A stretch of 58,743 nt of DNA from contig JBEKDL010000001.1 in assembly GCA_050014355.1 (NCBI GenBank), positions 1-58,743 on the forward strand, in the 5' to 3' direction. Positions 52,329 through 58,743 of this stretch are shown one piece after another. Below the pieces are notes generated by a model, which had not been told where the DNA came from, made no database searches, and worked only from the letters and a program-made list of their open reading frames with translations. A program made the translations under genes and the position numbers. Position 1 is the first letter of the stretch, and every line of letters begins with the position of its first letter. This DNA comes from Dehalococcoidales bacterium (GTDB lineage: Bacteria; Chloroflexota; Dehalococcoidia; Dehalococcoidales; RBG-16-60-22).

Positions 52329-53164
52329 AAGAAGGTGATCGGCTAATGGAGTCTAACGGGGAAAATAAGACGGCGTCAATTAAGCAACAATTCCGCGATT
52401 TCTATTCCTATGAAGATGCTACCCTGGGCAGGAAGTATGTGGCTACTCCGTTCGGTTCCGGAGAGTTCTTCGAACAAACAGAAAAATATCGGTATACCCT
52501 TTACCCATATTTACCGGAATTAATGGAGTTTGATAAACACAGGGGTGAAAAGGTTCTTGAAATAGGAGTTGGTGAAGGAGTCGACCATAACCAGTTTGCG
52601 AAAAACGGCGCAGAGCTATCCGGTATCGACCTGACCCCGAGACACATTGATATAACCAGGAGACGGCTGGAAAAACTCGGGCTAAAATCTAACCTTAACG
52701 TCGCTGATGCCGAGAATCTGCCTTTTGATGATGATACTTTTGATCTGGTATATAGCTGCGGCGTGTTGTTTCTTGTTCCGGATATCCAGCGCGCCATCAA
52801 AGAAATTTACAGGGTCTTGAAACCCGGCAGCAAAGTTATTGCGCTATTTTATAACAAAGACTCATTCCAATATTATCTTAAAATTTTACTGTGGCATGGT
52901 GTCGTTCAGGGTGAATTACAGTATCTTACCCCTGACAAATTAAAGAGCTGGTACGCAGGCGATGGATTCGGCTATCCGCCGTTACGGTATCTTAACAAAA
53001 GAGACCTGAAAAACCTGTTCGATAGTTTTCACGACCTTAGTTTTCATCTGACCACGCTGACACCGGACCAGATACCGGCATTATCCAACTATTTCTCTAA
53101 AAAAGCACTTGACTTGCTGTCTCGGTACTTCGGCTATTACATTACGCTCAAAGCTTTTAAATAA
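52310..53164 (+). CDS. Class I SAM-dependent methyltransferase (paralogue B)
   Basis: VLEIGVGEGVD, DLVYSCGVLFLVPD and EIYRVLKPGS. The alternative start ATG 52325 overlaps the radical SAM stop (ATGA). Confidence 0.8.
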   Translation: MEEKAMKEGDRLMESNGENKTASIKQQFRDFYSYEDATLGRKYVATPFGSGEFFEQTEKYRYTLYPYLPELMEFDKHRGEKVLEIGVGEGVDHNQFAKNGAELSGIDLTPRHIDITRRRLEKLGLKSNLNVADAENLPFDDDTFDLVYSCGVLFLVPDIQRAIKEIYRVLKPGSKVIALFYNKDSFQYYLKILLWHGVVQGELQYLTPDKLKSWYAGDGFGYPPLRYLNKRDLKNLFDSFHDLSFHLTTLTPDQIPALSNYFSKKALDLLSRYFGYYITLKAFK

Positions 53165-53184
53165 AAAAGAGGAAAGAACATCAC

Positions 53185-53700
53185 ATGAACAAGCCAAAAA
53201 ATTTGCTATTAGACGGGTTCAATAGTGAAGTGTTCGAATTGAAGCCGCAGAAGATTCTCTTTATCTATGACAAAGAAAAGAGCTATGAAAAATATTCCGG
53301 CTTTATTGACAAAATGAAAGAAAAATTTCCGGGATGGACCTTTACCCTGTATGACACTTCAACCATCAAGAATAATAAATTAAAGGAAAAGTACGCCCTC
53401 GTTATTCCTGTTGAGCCTTATGACATAGATGGGACGGTCCGGCCTGCCTTAGAGCGGTTAGCCTTAAGGACCGATATGCGATTTTATTTGATATATGAAG
53501 ACACCTACGGTTATATAAGGTTGGCTGGAAAATGGGACTTATTTTATCGCCTTTACATCAAAAAAATTATCGTGTATTTGTATTTATTATTCGGTTTTAT
53601 TTTTATCATAGTCCCTTGCCATATATTCTATATCGTGACGGTTCTTATAAATTACCTTCAGGGCTTCTTTCTTAAAGGTAAAATGGGTTCGCAACGATAG
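53185..53700 (+). CDS. Hypothetical protein with a C-terminal membrane anchor
   Basis: AGAGGA RBS, Lys/Tyr-rich N-terminal domain and a hydrophobic C-terminus (IIVYLYLLFGFIFIIVPCHIFYIVTVLI). No family recognised. Confidence 0.45.
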   Translation: MNKPKNLLLDGFNSEVFELKPQKILFIYDKEKSYEKYSGFIDKMKEKFPGWTFTLYDTSTIKNNKLKEKYALVIPVEPYDIDGTVRPALERLALRTDMRFYLIYEDTYGYIRLAGKWDLFYRLYIKKIIVYLYLLFGFIFIIVPCHIFYIVTVLINYLQGFFLKGKMGSQR

Positions 53701-53705
53701 ATACT

Positions 53706-54530
53706 ATGAACTTATTATTTTCGCAGGAGAGCGTATCCGGCTCCAAAAAATGGGGTCTTACTCCGTCTGAAATTCCAGAAAACATCTACGGCCATAAAAA
53801 GCGCCTGCTGTGGATAATGGAGAAGATAAATAAATACGCGTCTGATAGGCCGAAAAGCGATATTAAGGTCCTGGAAATAGGCTGTGGCACGGGTATTATG
53901 CTCAGTATCCCCCTGGCTTCACTTGGATATAATGTACTGGGAATCGATATAGATGAAAAAAGTGTAAATTTTGCTACCTCCGTGAACCCCTTTGAAAATG
54001 CGCAATTTCTATGCACTGATGCAGCCGAGCTTAAAGGCAATTATGACTTTATAATCCTGTCCGAGGTTTTGGAACATCTAGACGCGCCGGAATCATTACT
54101 GAAAATAAGTCATGGTTTATTAAGAGAGCAGGGCTTTTTGTTAATTTCCGTCCCCAACGGGTATGGCTGCTTTGAGTTTGAGCAATTCCTGTGGGAGAGG
54201 CTTAGGTTGGGTGAAGCGATAGAACGGCTCAAGATAATGTGGATTATAAGCATGCTTAAACAGAAACTTACAGGAAGAGAAGAATCCGCTCTTCTTTCTT
54301 CTTTTTCCACTTCGCCGCATGTTCAAAGGTTTACTTTGGGTAAGATTAAGCAAATGATAACAGCCGTCGGCTTTCGTATACTGGAAGTAGAAGGCAGCAC
54401 ACTTTTTGCCGGGAAATTCTCCAATCTACTTTTTACAGGCTTTAAACTCCCGGTAAAGATAAACAACGCCCTAGGGTCTTTTTTTAAATCAATAGCCAGT
54501 GGCTTCTATTTATGTTGCTGTAAAACATAA
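53706..54530 (+). CDS. Class I SAM-dependent methyltransferase (distinct lineage)
   Basis: VLEIGCGTGIML motif I, YDFIILSEVLEHL and LLISVPNG. Confidence 0.7.
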   Translation: MNLLFSQESVSGSKKWGLTPSEIPENIYGHKKRLLWIMEKINKYASDRPKSDIKVLEIGCGTGIMLSIPLASLGYNVLGIDIDEKSVNFATSVNPFENAQFLCTDAAELKGNYDFIILSEVLEHLDAPESLLKISHGLLREQGFLLISVPNGYGCFEFEQFLWERLRLGEAIERLKIMWIISMLKQKLTGREESALLSSFSTSPHVQRFTLGKIKQMITAVGFRILEVEGSTLFAGKFSNLLFTGFKLPVKINNALGSFFKSIASGFYLCCCKT

Positions 54531-54626
54531 ACCCCGAATAAACCAGTAAATAGCAGAATCAATCTTATATTTGCTCGGGTGTGAACATTATGACAGAATA
54601 TGGGCATAGAGAAGGAAAGGTAGTTG

Positions 54627-55406
54627 ATGTCTAAAGAGCTGCTCAAGGAAAGTGTCAGGGACTTCTGGGACAACGAGCCGTGTGGAACAGACCGTGCCAC
54701 GTTTGCCGAAGGCAGCCTAGAGTACTTCGAAGAAATTGAAAGCTACCGCTACCGCGTGGAGTCCTGCATTCATTCCTTCGCCCAGTTTACCAGGTGGCAC
54801 GGAAAAAAAATCCTTGAAGTGGGCTGCGGTTGCGGGACCGACCTTTTACAGTTTGCCCGGGCGGGCGCCGAGGTTTATGCTATCGACTTGAGTCCGCATT
54901 CGGCGGCGCTGGCTAAGCAGAGATTAAACCTCTATGGACTAAAAGGTGAAATTCAAGAAGCCGATGCCGAGCATCTCCCTTTCCCGGATGGCTACTTCGA
55001 CATGGTCTACTCCTGGGGTGTCCTGCACCATACGCCGGACACCGCGGCGGCTGTGAAGGAGATATACCGGGTCCTCAAGCCGGGCGGCCAAATAAGGGTG
55101 ATGGTGTACAACCGGCATTCCTGGATAGGCTTAAAGCTGTACTTGAGATGGGGCCTGCTGACCGGGAAAATATTTACACCGCTCTCCCGGATAACTGCCG
55201 AACATTTCGAGAGCCCCGGCACGAAAGCCTATACTCCCGGAGAGACGAGGAAACTTTTCTCCGTTTTTTCCGACCTTAAAATCCAGCCCATTTTGACTTA
55301 CTACGACTTTATTAAAGTGAAAGGGATATTTCCGCCGTCATGGCTGGTCAGGCTTTTGGGAGACCGGCGCGGTTGGTTCATGGCAATAAACGGGAAAAAG
55401 GTATAA
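54627..55406 (+). CDS. Class I SAM-dependent methyltransferase (paralogue C)
   Basis: ILEVGCGCGTDL, DMVYSWGVLHHTPD and EIYRVLKPGG. It can be lined up block by block with the paralogues at 48646 and 52310. Confidence 0.8.
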   Translation: MSKELLKESVRDFWDNEPCGTDRATFAEGSLEYFEEIESYRYRVESCIHSFAQFTRWHGKKILEVGCGCGTDLLQFARAGAEVYAIDLSPHSAALAKQRLNLYGLKGEIQEADAEHLPFPDGYFDMVYSWGVLHHTPDTAAAVKEIYRVLKPGGQIRVMVYNRHSWIGLKLYLRWGLLTGKIFTPLSRITAEHFESPGTKAYTPGETRKLFSVFSDLKIQPILTYYDFIKVKGIFPPSWLVRLLGDRRGWFMAINGKKV

Positions 55407-55543
55407 TACGGTCATCAATATAAATAAAGGGAGAAAATACAGACCTTAGTAAACAAATTATTTCTTTAAGTTATGTTTTATCACATTATCGAATCAACAC
55501 AGCATCTTGCGAGCTCGAATATGGTATACAATGCTCTTTTTCT

Positions 55544-57178
55544 ATGAGTACCAATATCTGTTTTTGCCTTGCATCCGATAAGGCCCTAGCTGAAGCGGTG
55601 CTACGGGATAAATTTCCTGGTATCTCTTTTAAAATACAATCTCCCTTGGAGTTGCGCCAGCAAAATGTATTTCGTTTCTTCCGTGGTTTCCGTTCTTATA
55701 AAATGGCCGTTTTTTTTACTTATGACCTTAGAGTGCAGCGCTCTCTTTTCCAATACTCATCAATCCTTACCTGGCTTTCCCGGAAAGGCGCCTATTTAGC
55801 TGATATGCAGGGAAAGATAGAAAAGGTTGGCTGGGGAGACCTGCTTTTTCGCTGTCTACCTGCGGTGATAATGCAGTTGTTTTCTCTCCCCTTTGAGATT
55901 ATCAGAATCAGAAAAAAACTACGGATTCTGGAAGAAAAGGAACCGAGCCCCCGCGCGTCCCTCCGAGAAAAACCAGGAGAAGCGATAAAACTGGCCTACC
56001 TGCGCACCGACCTTGTGTTCGGGACCAAGGCTGGTGGTTCGGTGGGGCATATCGCCGGGGTGGTCAATGGTTTTATTGAGAGGGGGTCTCAAGTCTTTAT
56101 CATCTCCACGGACAAACTGGAGCTTATTGATAAACAACAAACACCCCTTTATCCGGTGAAACCGAAAGCAAAGTACAACTTCCTTGCCGAGATACCGGAA
56201 ATGTATTACAATCGGGTCCTTTTCAAAACCGCCGGCTCCATCTTTAAAAAACAAAGTCCGAATCTAATTTATCAGAGATACAGCCTTAATAACTTTAGCG
56301 GGGTCGCTCTGGCCAGGGAGTTCCGGCTACCCTTCATCCTGGAATACAACGGCTCCGAGGTCTGGGTGGCCCGGAATTGGGGAAAACGCTTACGCTTTGA
56401 GAAGCTGGCCCTCCGGGTTGAGCTCCTGAACTTTCACGCTGCTGACCTGGTTACCGTGGTCTCTAATCCCTTAAAAGATGAACTTATCGAGAGAGGTATT
56501 CCGGCGGGTAAAATACTCGTTAATCCTAACGGAGTCGACCCGCAACGCTACCGGCCAGATATCGATGGCGGCCGGATAAGGCAGCAATACGGGCTTGAAG
56601 GTAAAACCATCGTCGGTTTCATCGGGACGTTCGGCAACTGGCATGGCGCCGAAGTGCTGGCCAAAGCGGCCGTGATACTTGTCCGCGAACTCAATTTACC
56701 GCCAGAGGTACATTTCCTTTTCATCGGTGATGGCGTGAAGCTGCCGGAAACAAAAAGAATTATCCGGGAAGGTAATATCGAAGAGCGGACGACGTTCACC
56801 GGCCTCGTCCCTCAGGAGCAGGGACCGGAATATCTGGCGGCCTGTGATATCCTCGTAGCGCCCCATGTGCCTAACCCGGACGGGTCTCCGTTCTTCGGTT
56901 CTCCGACAAAATTGTTCGAATATATGGCGATGGGTAAAGGTATCGTGGCCAGCGACCTCGACCAGATAGGTGAGGTTCTGGAGCACGGCAAGACAGCCTG
57001 GCTGGTAGAACCGGGTAACGCCGCTCAACTCGCTGACGGTATAACAAATTTGGTACAGGATGAAAAACTAAGGGGCTTACTGGGAAAAAACGCACGGGCG
57101 GAAGTGCTTGAGAAATATACGTGGCGGTCGCATGTGGCTAAAACGATAGCCAGACTCGGAGAGATATTGAAATCATGA
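55544..57178 (+). CDS. GT4-family glycosyltransferase with an unassigned N-terminal extension of ~150 aa
   Basis: GT-B core with GGSVGHIAGV and SPTKLFEYMAMGKGIVASD (EX7E). No SD precedes ATG 55544, so the start is uncertain. Confidence 0.7.
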   Translation: MSTNICFCLASDKALAEAVLRDKFPGISFKIQSPLELRQQNVFRFFRGFRSYKMAVFFTYDLRVQRSLFQYSSILTWLSRKGAYLADMQGKIEKVGWGDLLFRCLPAVIMQLFSLPFEIIRIRKKLRILEEKEPSPRASLREKPGEAIKLAYLRTDLVFGTKAGGSVGHIAGVVNGFIERGSQVFIISTDKLELIDKQQTPLYPVKPKAKYNFLAEIPEMYYNRVLFKTAGSIFKKQSPNLIYQRYSLNNFSGVALAREFRLPFILEYNGSEVWVARNWGKRLRFEKLALRVELLNFHAADLVTVVSNPLKDELIERGIPAGKILVNPNGVDPQRYRPDIDGGRIRQQYGLEGKTIVGFIGTFGNWHGAEVLAKAAVILVRELNLPPEVHFLFIGDGVKLPETKRIIREGNIEERTTFTGLVPQEQGPEYLAACDILVAPHVPNPDGSPFFGSPTKLFEYMAMGKGIVASDLDQIGEVLEHGKTAWLVEPGNAAQLADGITNLVQDEKLRGLLGKNARAEVLEKYTWRSHVAKTIARLGEILKS

Positions 57179-58743
57179 AGCCGGCAGGGAAAATAAGGCG
57201 GGGGCTGGTATTTTTACTGGGTCGTGATGATAGCGCCTACCCATGGCACGTCCGCCTGCGGATTGCGGCTCAAGCGCTGGCCGAGCTCCTATCATGGAGA
57301 AAAAGAGGCTTCCGCCTGGCCGAAATCGATGACGATGCCTTTTTAAAAAAGCTCTCCGGATTTGAGACACTCGGGGATTTTTATACCCATATACGCCGCC
57401 GCAACAGGCCGGTGTTTTTTGCTTTCACTAACCGGGAAGACGTCGAGCGGTGTATTGCCAGATATGAAAGTCTTTATCCTCTGGCCACAGAACAGACGCT
57501 ATCGGCCGCCGGGCAAGTCCTTGGTCATATATTCGACCTGTTAGGCAGCGGCCCTAAAAAGGTATCCGGAGGCGTTAGCCAAAGCGGCTACGAGCCTTTA
57601 GACTGGCACACGGATTTTAAATCAGGTTACACATGGGATAAAGATACTTTCTATCGGGACATTCGATACGGACACTTAGCCGGCGTCGATGTTAAAGTGC
57701 CGTGGGAGCTCTCCCGCTGCCAGCATTTCCCTATGCTGGGCAAAGCCTATTGGCTTACTGGTGATGAAAAGTACGCCGGTGAGTTCGTCAAAGAGGTGGA
57801 TGACTGGATAGCGAATAATCCGGCAACCTTTGGCGTCAACTGGGCCTGTACCATGGATGTCGCCATACGGGCAGTCAACTGGCTCTGGGGATTGTATTTC
57901 TTAAGGGAATCCCCGGCGGTCAGCGATGAGTTCCTGGGCAAGTTCCTGAAAAGCCTTTATCTGCACGGGCGCTTCATCATGGGGAACCTGGAAAAAGACC
58001 CGTCCGGAAGAAACAGCAATCATTACCTTTCCGACCTTGCCAGTCTGGTCTACCTCGGTGTTCTGCTGCCGGAAGTCAAAGATACTCAAAAATGGCGGGA
58101 ACTCGGTATTAGTGAGATGTTGATTGAAGCAAAAAGACAGGTTTACCCGGACGGCGTCGACTACGAAGGTTCCATCAGCTATCACCGGCTGGTGGCGGAA
58201 ATCTTCCTTTCCGTGACCCTGCTCTGCCAGGCGAACGGCATCAGCTTCCCGGACTGGTATTTGAAACGCCTGGAGCAGATGCTCGAATTTGTGAAAAATT
58301 ACACCCGGCCGGACGGTAAAGCGCCGCAAATCGGGGATAGTGACGACGGCAGGCTCCATATCCTGGCGGACTACAGCAGGTGGGACCGCGCCGACCACAG
58401 GTACCTGCTCGCCACCGGCGCAGTGTTGTTCAACCGCCCTGATTTTAAACAGGCGTCCGGGGGATTTCACGAGGAAGCCTTCTGGCTGCTGGGAGAGGAG
58501 GGACAGCGTAAATACGAGGCATTATCAGCGCCGGTACCCGCGGTAACATCCCAACCATTTGCCAGCGGGGGATTCTATATCATGCGCCAAGACACGCTAT
58601 ATCTCATTACTGATTGTGTGAACCGGGAAACCACAGCCCCTTCTGGTCACCGCCACAACAGCCGATTGAGTTTTGAACTTTTTGCCTATGATAAAAGCTT
58701 TATCATCGACCCCGGGACATATCTTTATACCCCCGAGCCAGCG
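57175..58743 (+). CDS. Heparinase II/III-like (alginate-lyase superfamily) protein, 3'-truncated by the window edge
   Basis: My own translation from ATG 57175 (ATGA overlap) stays open to nt 58743. Motifs seen are VNWACTMDVAIRAVNW, NHYLSDLASL, YPDGVDYEGSISYHRLV, RPDGKAPQIGDSDDG and GHRHNSRLSFEL. Confidence 0.8.
   Translation, partial: MKPAGKIRRGLVFLLGRDDSAYPWHVRLRIAAQALAELLSWRKRGFRLAEIDDDAFLKKLSGFETLGDFYTHIRRRNRPVFFAFTNREDVERCIARYESLYPLATEQTLSAAGQVLGHIFDLLGSGPKKVSGGVSQSGYEPLDWHTDFKSGYTWDKDTFYRDIRYGHLAGVDVKVPWELSRCQHFPMLGKAYWLTGDEKYAGEFVKEVDDWIANNPATFGVNWACTMDVAIRAVNWLWGLYFLRESPAVSDEFLGKFLKSLYLHGRFIMGNLEKDPSGRNSNHYLSDLASLVYLGVLLPEVKDTQKWRELGISEMLIEAKRQVYPDGVDYEGSISYHRLVAEIFLSVTLLCQANGISFPDWYLKRLEQMLEFVKNYTRPDGKAPQIGDSDDGRLHILADYSRWDRADHRYLLATGAVLFNRPDFKQASGGFHEEAFWLLGEEGQRKYEALSAPVPAVTSQPFASGGFYIMRQDTLYLITDCVNRETTAPSGHRHNSRLSFELFAYDKSFIIDPGTYLYTPEPA

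Noticed and set aside
57901-58470. 189-aa minus-strand ORF
   Set aside because: It is antisense to the open reading frame I translated from 57175 to the window end, which carries multiple heparinase II/III family blocks. That plus-strand frame is missing from the ORF track, probably only because it has no stop within the window.
1-58743. rRNA, tRNA, tmRNA or other structured RNA genes in the intergenic regions (for example 42808-43066, 45359-45503, 55407-55543)
   Set aside because: I could not find cloverleaf-compatible segments or conserved RNA motifs by eye. Only the cobalamin riboswitch was recognisable. A cmscan/tRNAscan run would be needed to be definitive.

Overview
The window looks bacterial. 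It has sigma70-type TTGACA/TATAAT promoters, Shine-Dalgarno sites, lipoprotein lipoboxes and a cobalamin riboswitch. The gene content suggests an anaerobic Chloroflexota/Dehalococcoidia-like organism, but that is inference only. Nearly all of the window is coding. From left to right it contains: (1) A 5'-truncated receiver-domain gene. (2) A riboswitch-gated ~9 kb corrinoid uptake and nucleotide-loop assembly operon (btuFCD-cbiB-cobD-orf-cobT-cobS-cobQ-cobU). (3) Housekeeping-type genes: GYD protein, SpoU/TrmH methyltransferase, VOC protein, Zn-ADH and a split transketolase. (4) A GIY-YIG nuclease gene bracketed by inverted repeats, plus two gene-less relatives of that repeat elsewhere in the window. 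(5) Glycan block I, which includes a WWDYG-motif STT3/AglB/PglB-type oligosaccharyltransferase, GT2/GT4 glycosyltransferases and nucleotide-sugar enzymes. (6) An ~11.5 kb insert carrying a fused tandem AsnC regulator, a URO-D-family protein, a pyrogallol-transhydroxylase-like molybdoenzyme (alpha and beta subunits), an ATPase-less peptide-type ABC importer and a MarR regulator. (7) Glycan block II: wecB-wecC, GT4 genes, an AsnB-like amidotransferase, a Wzx-like flippase, a B12-binding radical SAM enzyme, four SAM methyltransferases and a 3'-truncated heparinase II/III-like gene. I saw no rRNA, tRNA or CRISPR. The best candidate for something new is a putative N-glycosylation-type envelope glycan system with an unusually dense methylation module. 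All family calls come from motifs read by eye, and no database search was run.
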